Below are positions 13,557 to 26,610 of a DNA stretch of 64,000 nt, piece by piece. Within the stretch, counting starts at the first letter, position 1. Each line of letters starts with the position of its first letter. Origin of the DNA: Amoeboaphelidium protococcarum X5 (taxonomy: Eukaryota > Fungi > Aphelidiomycota); assembly GCA_023515725.1 (NCBI GenBank), contig JALDTO010000154.1:62001-126000 (forward strand). The letters run 5' to 3'. Both the position numbers and the translations under genes were made by a program. Below the pieces are notes generated by a model that saw nothing but the letters and a program-made list of their open reading frames with translations, did no database searches and was not told the DNA's origin.

Positions 13557-13880
13557 TCAAGTGACGGCTCTATTTTGATATTCTTGACGCCTAATACAAT
13601 ACTATAAGTAATCATTAGTCTGTTGTCATTTCTTTCACTTGTGTTAGTTTAAGGGATAAAGCAGTTTAATCAATTGGCAATCTCTCTGGTTTGACATCGC
13701 AGACAAGTTATGATGTAAAACTCTTCAAAATTTTCAAAAAGAAACCTGCCACAAATCGACACCCATCAAACTTAAATACGAACTATGAGTGGAGAATAAC
13801 TTTCAGTGTATTGTCTCGTTTCATAGATATACCTTTAAGTGGTTGATATCCCACCTTTAACACCAATATCCGGCGCCAGA

Positions 13881-15821
13881 TCAATTGTAGAAAGTTTTCC
13901 AATGTCTCAATCTCTGTAGCGCAACAGCAATAGAGCGTCTCCAAGACTTCTACTTGTGAAGAGCCATATACCAAGGATGATGGTTGCTGTAATTTGACAA
14001 CTCAAACTCACTTTTCCCATCTAAATCACTAAAGCGACGCAACAATGAGTACAAACGATACCAACGGTTCTCTAAGCAAGTCTTTAACAAAGGCAGAGGA
14101 TTCTGCAGAGGATACCCCAAGTCGATTAACAGCTTATGCAGTAGAGGAAAGTCAAAAGAGACTGCATTCTAGTGATGCAAAACGCGTCTCATCTCATAGG
14201 TCACGACGTCATCTAAACTGATCCTCTTGTTATTTAGCAATTTGATCACAAAATTTACGTCTCTCAGCCTTTCAGTCACATCTTTAATTCTCATTATCTG
14301 CGCAAAATATTGCTACTCTACAGGCAGCAGACCGACACATTTTTTGATATGCTCCCTCTCCTGATTGTACTCGGCTAGGAGAACTTGCGCCTGTTCCCCG
14401 ATACTTAAGTTGATCAAACCGGAAATCTATTCAGCATAGTCTTGACACTTTCTGTCAGGTGTTATATATAATGAGAAAGACAAAAGCATTCTGACTACCC
14501 TCTGTGTAATGACGAAACTACTGACTCCAGCGTTGATTGTCTAGGCATAATCGAGAAGTTAAACCACGCCTTCTTACAATCGCTCAATTTTTGCCAACGA
14601 TCTGGCAAAAAGCAATCTACCATTAAGATCCGCATCTTTATCTGGAGTCTAGCGCACATCTCTATTAGGCTTCAGGGCATCTGGACGTCTTTGTGCGCTG
14701 TTCTTCACGAGACATTAGTTAACATCCTGAAGACTCAAGAATTTCCAGATACGCGCAACCATCGCTCTAAATTAGGATTCCTCCAATAGGTATTGAGCTG
14801 ATACTAGCACAGAAAGATAATTCCATGGCTGAAATGGCCCCGCAGATACTACTTCTTCGCCACTGTCTTGCAACTTCACAACCTCAAAACTATCATCACT
14901 CTCCTTCTTATGGCGAACATCAGCCTTCAATTTAAACACCTCTTCGTGTAATTAGTCATCAATATAAACTCCCCCAGCCATGGTCAATGCTTGGCTAATC
15001 AACGTGTTCTAAAACGTGTAGGTATCGCTCTCACTTCTGGACAGTAACTTGAATCCCTTGGCGAGCAGAGACACCAGACTTTCCAACTATTCAAGTGTCG
15101 GCCTTCTCTCTAGCTCGTATTGATGAAGACCAAAAGCAATTACGTGCGCATTGACATCATCGAACTCACCTCTACATTTGAGCAAAGCCCATACGAAAAG
15201 ATCTTGTAGCCGATGGTCTTTCACACGCGTCAACTAAGACACTAGCTCCACCTGCTACTAGTAAACTGGTGGTAATAATTTCGTATTCAACAGCGCACCT
15301 TCACTCGGCTCCACATTAAAGCTGCGATACTCACCCATAACGCTCAACTCAAATAGAGGAAACTCATTATTGAGTACCATGTATCTGCACACCTCAGGAT
15401 AAGAATTGCATTTGTCGACCATTAACTCTACCGTAGTAGCCTCATACCAAATCTATAAATACACGTCTTTATAATCATCTGGAAACTTTGGCCTGACCAA
15501 TAGCCTACCCGCAGAGTTGCCATAACTTCCACTCTCAGGATCTTAATCAGCAGCGGATCCAAGCAAATCTAAAACGCGATTTTTAGCAGACTTGGAGAAG
15601 AACTTGTTACCAACAAATCGGAATTTCAGCGTTGGATCCCATTCGTAGTTGTTGTAAAGATTATCAAGAGCCTTTAAATCGTTATCCGCACCAGCGCGAG
15701 ATACCGCGAATTCGTAAGGATAAGCACGGTAAACGTCTAACAGGAGTGCGTCATGATTGGACACTGCCTCTGCAGGTATCAATGCGATAGCTAACAAGGT
15801 AGCGAAAATGCAAACTTTCAT
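13881..15821 (-). CDS. Secreted protein family A, copy A2 (646 aa)
   Basis: MKVCIFATLLAIALIPAEA signal; YPYEFA; QVELVSQL; CRGEFDDVNAHVIAFG; HPWYMALHKQKSWRRSIAVALQRLRHWKTFYN-TGA. Confidence 0.85.
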
Positions 15822-15911
15822 ATGCGATTTCTGATATTCCAACTAGACAGCAATGAACGAGTGAAAGGTCGACTACCAGACCCAAATTCCATGGCACGTC
15901 AATGCACTAAA

Positions 15912-15945
15912 TGTGGCGCATTTTGATTAAGGTTTCTGCGCCACA
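15912..15945. promoter_or_regulatory. Inverted-repeat motif in the A2/B2 divergent promoter
   Basis: Perfect 9-bp inverted repeat TGTGGCGCA-N16-TGCGCCACA in the middle of a 203-bp intergenic region. Confidence 0.7.
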
Positions 15946-16024
15946 CTTTGATAACGACTCCATTATTTGTTCACCTATTCAATTGCATCAACGATAAACT
16001 TGGGAATAAAACATTGAAAGTGAT

Positions 16025-17986
16025 ATGTAGTTCTTATATTTACTATTGCTATCAGCTTCCTTGGTGATAGATGGTGCTGTCATTGAAAGACAGTAAAGTG
16101 TGCATGTAAAGTCGCCATCCCTCCATCCCGAAACTGCGGAAGATCGGCAAAGCGAATCCGTAGATCAGCGCTGTTCTCGTTTTCAGTCAGTTGGCTTATG
16201 GTAGCAGATAAAGTCTCTGGGTGCAGTTGGTCCTTAATAATGGCCTGAGAATGATTTTCCCCTTCTTCAGAGAGCGTCTAAGCTGGCATGGCATTATGGA
16301 AGATACTATGGTGTTGCTGTTGATGAGTTCAACAGCGCTCTTGCTGAGGATCCGTTAAGATTATCCCTGCATATTAAAGGAGGTGGCAACGAAGAGTCGC
16401 ATGAATCACTGCAATATGCAAAGAGTCTATTGAATGCTCAGACTCCTTTAAATCAAGCTGATGTCAGTAAGGTATTTTTTTAAAGAGACAGTACATTGAT
16501 AGCCGCCACGCTGATAGTTCTTGTTCACGAATAACCCAGCCTATTGCCCAAGTTCCAGGAGCGTCTGTTGGAAAATAGACCTATTGAGAGTTCGGACCCT
16601 GAGTTAACATCTTCCGGCTTGGACGAAAGTTTATTCACTGGACTAGTTACTTCATCGTTGGCTATTACAGACGAGTGCGATAATTAGCTCGGCCCGAATC
16701 TTTTGACTGACTTGGTGGAGATTACTTAGCAATTTGATATATACTATCTATGTCATCGCAAGTTATCTTTTAACGATGAAGCTTAGCGCCGAGAATTGTG
16801 TTACAGTCTTTTCAATGGCATCGTCAATTAATAGCTGGCAGATGCAGCGATGGATGAAGATAAAGCTTTGGATTTGGCTTTTGATTTGGGTAAATAATTG
16901 CGTTTTGTAACCTCTGATACAGAAATGACTCAGTTTTATGAAAGAATTCATCGTCAATTGGCTGAGCACCTTCGTTTATAGGATGCTTCGTCTAGAGTCT
17001 CCATAAGGATCTTGCAGGGATTTATAGAATCGTTTAGTACCCGGTTTGATTTGAACTTCATAAAAGAAGATTATAAAGCCATGAATATTATGCTGTACCT
17101 TCCGGTGGAAATTGGCAGTCTGGCAAGTATCTTGAGGCCTGAGTTTTACAGAGGAAGTCTTTACTTTGACATGCTATGGATCAGCGTGTGTCGGCGCGAA
17201 GTATAATCTGCACCAGAGAATGAATAACAGTTAATTAGACAAGTGAAGAGCCAGTTTTGGTCCATATTTGCGAATTATTTGGCTGCGTATTGGAGTGCAG
17301 TGCAATCGGGCGATATGGAATCTCTGAAAATACTCTAAGCGCTCACACTGGTGGTGCCATTGAAGAATGAAAATGTTCCCTATAAGTGGTATTCCGAGTA
17401 TATGAGTCGTACACCCGCTTCCACGTAGGTTATTCCACCAAAAAATGATAAAGCTGCCAAAACAGCATTTATGAAAATCAAATCTGAGTTTGCCGAGAAT
17501 TCTTTGGATTCGGATGATAAAGTAGATCGAAAACACCATGAGTTTAGCATAGAAGGATTGATTTTGGTATTGGCTTTACCACGCGTCTACAGAATTAGTA
17601 CCGAGAGTTTAATGGGCGCTTTGACATTTTGCATTGAATTCGGTCTGGAATCTGCTACATAATAGATTATGTCTAAACTTTTAAAATAACTCCATTAGCC
17701 AGACATTGTTTCTGGCGAAGAACCCCGGCTCACCTCTGCTCTTGGTTTACATCGGATGGTTGTGCCTGAATCTGCCACTGCTCGATTCAATAGAAAATTT
17801 CTGAACGTGTTCCGACCTGCATCAAGGGTGATTTCAGATGGGTAAGTAGAAAAGCGAGAAGTTAGGCGTTCATAAATTCATCAGCTGATGAAATAAGCTT
17901 ATGAGGCAAAGGGGCGTGACTTGAAACTGTACGTTCGCGCTGCTCAGATTGTTTACTTGAGAGGACCCGTTGAGTTTGAGTTTTGA
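16025..17986 (+). CDS. Secreted protein family B, copy B2 (653 aa)
   Basis: MQFLYLLLLSASLVIDG signal; SKLAWHYGRYYG; ADVSKVFF; EQPSLLPKFQERLL; STESLMGALTFCIEFGL. Confidence 0.85.
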
Positions 17987-18259
17987 TTGATTTCCATACT
18001 AGAGAGCCGTACCTGATTATCTCCATAGTTTATTTGGCAACTACAATACATGAAATTTAGTAATAATTATTCTTTTTTTTATATTTTATCGTATATTTTA
18101 CTAAAATCGGATTACTTACTACTGTATTCGCTATACGATTTTATCGAGACGCGCTATACTTGAGAAGCGCTTTCTAGCCATTCGCTTTTTTGAAACAATC
18201 ACTGTGCTTTGTTAGGAGGTGTTAGGAAATCTTATTTCACGCAAACAAGTATACTTCAA

Positions 18260-19555
18260 ATGTCCTGGATATAAGCTATTGCTGAGTTTAATAATTCACA
18301 CGGCACATAAGATGAGTCTGCCGCTGAAGACCGCCAACATTTATAGCCGCTATAGAGTCACACTCAGTCCAACCGAAATGTCGATCCGAACATACAGAAA
18401 GCTGTACAAAAAGCTGTACACTCCCTAGTCATTGAGTAGAAGAATGCATCCACGCTGAGCAATGAAGATTTGGATCAGATCAGCGAAATGCTTAAAGAGG
18501 TGGCTGTTGATGGAGATTACATTAGCTATCACAATTTCAAGCTTATTGGTCAGTCGCTGCCAAAGTTCTAATCATACTTCACACCGTCAGTGTTCGTGCG
18601 TTTTAAAATGAATGAGAATGGCCACATCAGTTCCGGTCAGCTGTACAATTTCATAGTAAGAAGAGCCTCGCTGTGTCAGGAGAGAGTCTGTATCAGCATG
18701 TATGATCAAGATGGTGATGGAATGCTTACTCTTGATGAATTTGAGTAGTACCTGGCGGATCTGATTCCAACATTTCCGTAATTATAATAAATGGATCAAG
18801 ATTTCAAGCCTTTCTACTTGTGCAGTGCTGTCCGTAAATTTTACTTCAACTTGCATTATAGTCGGCCCATTGTTGGTAGGTAGCAAGATTAGCGCAACTG
18901 CATAAAGATTACTGATATTCTACTGAGTCCCATTCTGAGCGAGTTCTTTGAGTTGTAACAACCTGAAGTTGATGGTAAACTGCTGAGTACCAATTGGTTC
19001 TCGTTGTAAAGTGCATTGAAGGTTTACAGCTGGTTTGTTGAACTCGATCAGGATCATAATGGTATGCTATCGCGATCGGAATTGTATCAATTTGCCAAGG
19101 GGAGATACACCAATGAGTTTATTGATCGAATTTATCAAGAGTACCTGTCGTTTAATGGCGAACTTGATTACAAGTCGTATCTCGATTTTGTGCTCGCTGC
19201 CAATGATGTTCACACTAAAGAGTCTATGCGCTATATGTTCACGCTGCTGGACATTCGACGACAAGGATTTCTGGACTGGTTCACGTTGCACTTCTTTATG
19301 AAGGCACAGGTGGATAAGATATCTCAGATGCCTTAGAACAGATCTTTTGTACAATCGTTCAACATGAATGATATGATTACAGAGCTGTTTGATATGGCCA
19401 AGGCATCATAGCGCATTAATGGCACACAATAATAATCTACTGGAATTATTGGGTAAATACGATTGAATGATCTGATCAATTGTGGTGTCGGAGGTACAGT
19501 GATCAGTCTCCTTATTGACACGCAGGCCTTGTTACAGAACCAATTTAAAGATTGA
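18260..19555 (+). CDS. PPP2R3C: PP2A regulatory subunit B'' gamma-like EF-hand protein (431 aa)
   Basis: EF-hands YDQDGDGMLT and LDQDHNGMLSRSEL; FYLCSAVRKFYFNL; NWFSLQSALKVY; LINCGVGGTVISLLID. Confidence 0.85.
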
Positions 19556-19832
19556 CGATTTACAGATAATGTTGATAATACTGAATCATATGTCTTTTCA
19601 TATATATATTTTGTTTTAGAATTGATATTTAGACCGCATAGTCTCGTACTATTGATTTATCTCTAAAAGCCTATACATGCACAAGCTAGGTACCCACAGC
19701 TTTAAGTTAAAGACGCTAAGAACTTTGAAATGCAGAGAACGACGCGTTTCTTCTCTCTTTCTCCGTTCATTTATTTACTCACTCACCTCAATAACGTACA
19801 TAGTGAAAGGCATTTGTATAATACTGTAAGCG

Positions 19833-21827
19833 ATGTCTGGTAAGCCAAAGTTAAAATTTAAATTTAAATCCTCTCTCCCACAGACTGTTAATGCAGGAGA
19901 AGCATCGCCACTCGTGTAATCACCAAAGCCGTCTCAAGATTTGGTAAAGTCGCAGAGTGATCCTCATGGTAATAGTTCAGGGAGTTAGACTACGCAACAG
20001 TAATAGTAATCTCTGCCCAAAATATCATTTAAGTTTCCGTCATCATCATAATAATAATAATCTCAGATCAAGAAGGAAATATAACAAGACGCTGATAATT
20101 CCGGTTCATCTCTCACATTATAGACAGCAAACATGGCTGCGGTGTCTTCAACGGTGGAATAGTCTCCTTTGAGGTAGCAGTAGTCATAGAGTTAAATACC
20201 GGAATAGATTAATAGTCCCACGCCTAGTTAGACTTCTCTTAAACTAAAGTTTAAACCGAAAGTATCGCTTAATGAAGGTGGTAGTAGTGGTGAGAATAGA
20301 GTTAGAATTCATGAGTAATAGCAGCATCAGCCTGGGCTGAGCAGATCTTAATCTATGGTTTCCATTGCCAGTCGAAAATCATCAATTGCGTCTGCCAGTA
20401 AGAAATAGAAAGTGAAGCCACCTAGAATTCCAGATTCTGATGAAGATGAGACTCTAAATCCGGTGGAGGAGCAATTGATATTCAGGTTACCCCGATATGA
20501 AGCTGCGGATGTTAGGAATCTACCCACTGGTTCTTATGCCCAGAAAATAGTTGAAGCTACCAACAAGATCAAGTAGATGATAAAGACGCGTTCTGTAGAT
20601 ATCAAGACGTGCCTCAAGATTGAATTCAAGGATTAGCGTAGAGTTTTGCTCACTTACAATTAATAATCTGAAGATGGCGGCGACAATGATAATATCCAAT
20701 ACTCAGTATAAATGTGCGGCAAACTCGTCGACTTGCCTTGTATTATTGAGGCTCAGCGATCTTTTGACAGGCGATAATTTCACAAGATTTCTGATATATG
20801 TCAGATGATACAGGTGGAGAAATTGGACTTTGGCCGAGTTGGTGTGTCGCAAGGTTCAATTGAAAACTACCTTAATCAGTATTTTGCCTAGTCTACTCAG
20901 GGCGCATTCTAGTCATCTCTAAATGAAGATTACATTTCCAACTCTGGAATTACACCTCCACTTAAGCACTGTAGAGTGAGACGATTCAGAAAACGGGTGA
21001 ACAGGCGAACTGTGGAGAGTATCGAGCGTGAAGTGGCAAGGCTGTTGAAGGAGGACGCGCAATCGCTTGAAGTTGTGGGATCTTTTATTGATGCCAGAGA
21101 GGTGGAGGAGCGTCTGATGCGAGATGCTGATAACGATAATGATGAGTAGACTCAGGGTGATGGTGAGACTGAGGGTGCCGGAGGTACTGCGGAAGTTAAT
21201 GAAGATGGCGAGGCTGTTGTCGATGAAGACGATGATGAAGATGACCAGATTACCGTGAGTGAACACCCAGGAACTAATAAGGATGGTAAAACGGAACAGA
21301 CTTCAGACGATGATGATGAGGAGGAGGAAGAAGAAGAAGATTATGGAGGTGATGGTAAAGTTGCGAATGGCCAGTTGGGTGATGGAGCGAAAGGCGATGG
21401 CGCAGCATCTGATGCTTAGAAAGATGGCGATCAGATGGCTGAAGGTGAAGAAGTAGATGATGCGTTGGATATTGAGAATGAGCCAGATCCTGAACTGAGA
21501 TCACTGTTGTAACAGAATAAGCTGTTGAATGAAGAAATGGCTGATCTCAATTAGAAGTTGGATTAAAAGACTGCGTAGAAATAGGCTGCTGGTAATCCTA
21601 TCATAATCAAGAGATTTGATGATATTATCATTCGATTAAAAGATGAGGTTGAGAAGAAAAAATAGAGTCTCGCTGCAGTTTAACGGTCAATAGTTGAGAA
21701 GAGATAGAGTATTGCCGACGATGAAGATGACATGGATGACGCAATGGATTTGAATGAAGAAGATGAAGGTGATGCTGGTGAAGTTTAAGAAGTTGGTGCT
21801 ACTCAACAACAGTTAACTGTAGAGTGA
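19833..21827 (+). CDS. TAF7: TFIID subunit TAF7 (664 aa)
   Basis: VEEQLIFRLP, AKLVDLPCIIEAQRS..HKISDICQMI, SGITPPLKHCRVRRFRKR, an acidic region and a C-terminal coiled coil with NPIIIKRF. Confidence 0.9.
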
Positions 21828-22116
21828 TTATCAATCATAGCCGTGGCAATATAGAGTATACGGCTTACTTATTGAATTCCGCCGCTCGTTATCATTTGCT
21901 AGTTCATATGTTTATAGTCTTGGTATGTCTTTGAATTTGGGCCATCTTATAGATGGACCTACTATGAAAGAGCAAATTTTAATGAGAAAATTGTGTTAAC
22001 TACATTTAACTGGGCAAGCTCATATCAATAAGTGACTGCTACTTAGTATATAAAATAGACTTTATTTTCTTCAGTTCTACATGCCACTGACTTGGACATT
22101 AGTATAATTCATAAGC

Positions 22117-23952
22117 TCACTTTGATAGATTGTACGAGTCAAATACTGATCCTCTGGCGCGCACAGTCTACGCAGCTTTAAAGAAGTGATCAGCCATCTT
22201 TTGGTTATCATTTTACTGCGAAAACATCATCAACTAATGAATCTGAGCCCTTCTCTTGTTCGGATCATCATTTACTCCCTCAGGATAGACCCAATTCTAA
22301 GGCAAAAATACGTTATTTAAGCCCCTGCGCCACCATTCACCAGTGGATTCAGCCTCAGTGTAACCAGACAAGTCCGGTAAATTAGTAGGCTAAACTTCTT
22401 CTCCCTACTCTTCGTCAGCTCCTGATTGCTATAACTTTTATAAAGCCACCTTTGCGACTTCAGTTATATCCTTCAGGTCGTGCTCAATAGAAAAAGTCAA
22501 CGCGCCCATCAGTGAATCCAGACTCAATTGCTACCCAACCAAACTCAACTTCAATAGCTTCGCAATGCTCCACTTAGACTCAGGAGCTCCATCAGTATCC
22601 GACTCTAACGCTTTAACTACATTAATCTCGTCTTCCACCGGAACCAAATCTGGTAGTACACCTAGCACCCTATAAGTAGCTTAATCATCGGACTAAATAG
22701 CTGTCCAGTAAGCAGACAAATATTCAGCAAATTTTTATACTACACCGGATTCAAGCTCGTATTAAGCAGCAGGAGTTAATGACAAGCTGTCCAGTCTCTA
22801 AACATGATATACAAACCAGAGTACGCCAAAGTATGTTTTGACACTAATTTGACTTGCTCTACTCTAAAATTTCCACTATTGTTAACCATTTAGAGCTTAA
22901 CTCAGATGATCTAAAGAAGCCAAATCCGCTTTAACATACTGTGGCTCAAAGGATTTTTCAAAAGACTGCATAAATCCTTCCAATACCATGTCAAAGGCCT
23001 ACTCCTAAACAGCTCTAACATTATGGTCGCGATGAGGATGTCCAACCACTATTGATAAGGCATTTTACACATAATCCGAATCGCCCATGTACCTTATCTA
23101 CGCACCAAAGGCCTCCCTGGCAGCACCAAGATCCATCTGAGACATTGAGCCGGAATGCTTAAAGACTTAACGTGTGAAATAGCCAAACAAATCAGCACAG
23201 ATAGATGATTCTGAAGGCCCAGTACGACCAAGTAGATTGTAGCGATTACATACGCGCATTATTTCAAGTGACTGAAGGCCAGGCAGCAGAAGCGGCATCA
23301 AATCTCTACCAAGCTGCGTCTCACATTCATAAACCAACACTACGGACACAGCGGCCAAGCCCACCAACAGTTATTCATCTAGATTAGTACTAAGACCCGC
23401 TTAAGATGGCAGACGGTTCTACTAACTCATTTGCAGTAATCGTTCTTTATAAGCAGGCAATAGACTTGGCTGTCGCGCAACGATATAAATGATCAACTCA
23501 GCCAGCTCCGACGCGACACCGCGAAAGAACACCCGGCCTACATCAACCTCATCTATGGGAACCTTATAACTGTCAAATAAAGAGAACTTTTCCAAATCAT
23601 TCAAAACACTGTCAGTAAAATGCAGCCCAGCGTTTGGATTTTGAGATAGATACTCCTTCAAATCATGGGACAATCCTCCATAATAATCGGCATAGTATAA
23701 AACCAGATTAGACCTTTGACCAAGCTTTTTAGACAGAAAATCGCGATTCTTGTTAGCAGCAAAATACTTGACCACAGGCTCTATACCTGAATCTCCAAAT
23801 ACAGCACAACGATTTTCACTGATAACTGTAGATTAATCTACGCCAAGCTTTGCATCAATCAAGTTGGGTGCGGTGGGTTCATTGTGAGATCTAGGGACAG
23901 ATGAGACGCGTGTTACCAAAATAGCTGACAGTGCAAGGGCGGCAATCTTCAT
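22117..23952 (-). CDS. Secreted protein family B, copy B3 (611 aa)
   Basis: MKIAALALSAILVTRVSS signal; SNLVLYYADYYG; VDVGRVFF; IIYIVARQPSLLPAYKERLL; SLDSLMGALTFSIEHDL. Confidence 0.85.
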
Positions 23953-24077
23953 TGCGAATTCAGTTCCTAAGCAAGACGTATCCTTGTAATCGCTTACTCC
24001 CACGAACACAGTAAGTGGGTCCTGAAAGAGAGTCTGAACAAGGAGTTGCACTAATAAGTTGCCGCCTTTGTTGTTGT

Positions 24078-24116
24078 AATTGTGGCGTTGACCGAGTTCT
24101 AGACTGCGCCACAATT
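24078..24116. promoter_or_regulatory. Inverted-repeat motif in the B3/A3 divergent promoter
   Basis: Perfect 10-bp inverted repeat AATTGTGGCG-N19-CGCCACAATT; includes CTGCGCCACA. Confidence 0.7.
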
Positions 24117-24232
24117 CGCCCAGATTAGCCATTACTATGATGTTCTCATATCTGGGTTGATCAATCTTATCCCTTGAAAGTTTTCAATTATTGGCGTAAT
24201 TCTGCTATTAATCCTGTAGTTTATTCGTTAAG

Positions 24233-26134
24233 ATGTAGTGGAGTTCATTATCTATCACAGTGGCTCTGGCGGCATGTCAGGTGGTGCGATCAACGGTTGC
24301 ATCTGACGCGTTCTTACCAAGCCTTTACAATGGTTATCCGTATGAGTTTGCAATTATCAATGCAGCTAGATAGGAAGACACCAATGCACTCCAAGCTCTG
24401 TATGCTGGATATGAGTGGGAACCTAAGGACAAGTTTCAGGGTGTCAATGTCGACTATTTTACCCCTCAGGTTCGTTAGCTCTTGTCGTCTGGTGCATCTA
24501 ATGTCCGCTACAGTCCTTTGGGTACAACGCGTTAATACTTGCCTGCTGACTATTAGGAGGTGTATCTGCAGCTTTATGGTGAAAGTCAAACTGTCGCTTC
24601 CATGATCTCCATCTGTAATAGTAACGCTGCGGCATGCAGATACATGGTGTTGAATCGCGAGTTTCCCGTATTTTAGTAGAAGCTTCTCGGTCTGACAGAG
24701 GACGAGCAAATGAGAATGACAACTCTGTTCGAAAGTACTGATGAGTTCAGTGACCGGTCGTTTAGACCGATTTATCAGATGCAGATTGAGTTGGTGTCGC
24801 GCCTTCTAGAGGTGAATGATCAGGAGTTACGCGATTTGTTCGTATGGGCTCTGTTGAACTGTCGCGGTGGTTATGACGGTGTGACTGCTCATGTTATTGC
24901 CTTTGGCCTTGGGTACTTTGAGGCCAAGAATCCGTACAATGAAGAAAAGTATAGAAGACTAATTGGATTACTGGCATCTGGGTATAGGTACCTGGCTGAC
25001 GCGTTATAAGATCCTATTCAGTTTCAATACAGTTTGACCAAGTATGCCATTGATATGGCTGGAGGTGCGAAAGTGAATCGCGCCATTAAAGAGGAGACTT
25101 ATAGAAAGGTCTCGCATCGTAAAGGCCTTCAGTTGAGCCTTTCGGACAATGGAGACTGGATTTCACCTCCCAAGTTTTAGCCATGGGGATATCTGGCAGT
25201 ATTGGTGACTGCCGAGTATGAGATGTAGGATGCGGAGATGTGGCTTTTGCTGTTTGGCCGTATTTCAAAGTTTTTGTGCACCTCTGAAGCTAATGATTGT
25301 CTCTTCTAATAGCACTTGGCTGAATCTTCTCGTGGTCGTGATTCTGTGTCATCTGTTGGTAATTATCTTAATGGCTGGTACAACAAATACTCGAGCATGA
25401 GACTGGCGCTAGCTCTTTCTTTGGCTAGATCTCCTAAGCTGTATGATTATGTTGATTTGGTAATCAATCACGGTCTACATATCAAGGCAGGACTAGAAAG
25501 CTCTAGTATAATGCAAAGAATAGCCAAGATCTTGCTGAGATTTAGCTTGTCCATTGCTTTGGATTAGTCTTCCAATGCAATTTCCACTAGAATATCTAGG
25601 CAAGTTAAGCAAGGATTTGTTGAGAAGACTGATATTATTCAGTTATTGATTGAATTCAACGAGTAGTTCTAATTGATCTCCGGTCGTATTGGTGAGGTTT
25701 CGCAATCGGTGATCTATCAGAATTTGATCTTAAATGAAGAGGTAAATCGGATCAAGCTGAGAGATGTTAATGTCGTCATTGGTCTGTTAAAAAGCTAAAG
25801 CGTCACGTTGGACGATATTGTCTAGTATGAGATGGCGCGCGTTAAGAAGGAGCGTGGATCATTTGATTTCGCCTTGTTGACCATCTTGTTCAGAAAGGGG
25901 TTCCAATTGACAAAGCCTGTGGAGTTGATGGAGGAATGCTTGCATAATGGATGGTATAGACTGTTCTCACTATTGCGCTAGAATAGCAGACTGAATCATC
26001 ATGAAGTTTAGTAGTTGGTGAATCTCAGTGAGCATCATCCATGGTTTATGGCCCTTCATAAGGAGAAATCTTGGAGGCGTTCTATTGCCATGGCATTATA
26101 AAGATTGAGACATTGGAACAGTTTTTATAACTGA
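24233..26134 (+). CDS. Secreted protein family A, copy A3 (633 aa)
   Basis: MQWSSLSITVALAACQVVRS signal; YPYEFA; QIELVSRL; CRGGYDGVTAHVIAFG; HHPWFMALHKEKSWRRSIAMALQRLRHWNSFYN-TGA. Confidence 0.85.
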
Positions 26135-26356
26135 TTAAATTTTTGAAGGGGATAAAGTAATCCGACAATATATATATCTACAGTATATACTTCAATAAAT
26201 CGCATCAGGTTGCGTCTTTATTTTGATTCAAAAAGTTTTGTCTAAACATCGTTGTGCGTTAAGACAAACGCGTTGCGTTAATGCTGTACTGACTGCTCAT
26301 ACTATACGTGTAAAACAGGCAACCGAGCCAAAAATATGCTCCACCACCAAAAAGGA

Positions 26357-26437
26357 TGCATTCTGTGAGACTCGAACTCACGCCCCTTGCGGGATTCGAA
26401 CTTGAGTCGAACTGAATGGCCACTATCAGAAGAATGC
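26357..26437 (-). tRNA. tRNA-Leu(CAA)
   Basis: Acceptor stem GCATTCT/AGAATGC, anticodon arm TTCGA-CTCAAGT-TCGAA, long variable arm CCC-GCAA-GGG, T arm GTGAG-TTCGAGT-CTCAC, and a downstream T5 Pol III terminator. Confidence 0.88.
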
Positions 26438-26610
26438 CTTTTCCTATTTTTTGGATGAAAACTAATTGATTTGGCAACTATAAAGTGCAACTATACAATA
26501 GCACACCAGTTTATGTATAATCATTTGAAAGAGACTTAGCAATACCGTTTGAAAATAACACGAACTTATACAAAAATTCAAATTTTTATTGAAAATTTAC
26601 ACGATTGCAA

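Noticed and set aside
26357-26437. Possible suppressor tRNA-Gln explaining the code
   Set aside because: The anticodon is CAA with a long variable arm, i.e. Leu, not UUA or CUA.
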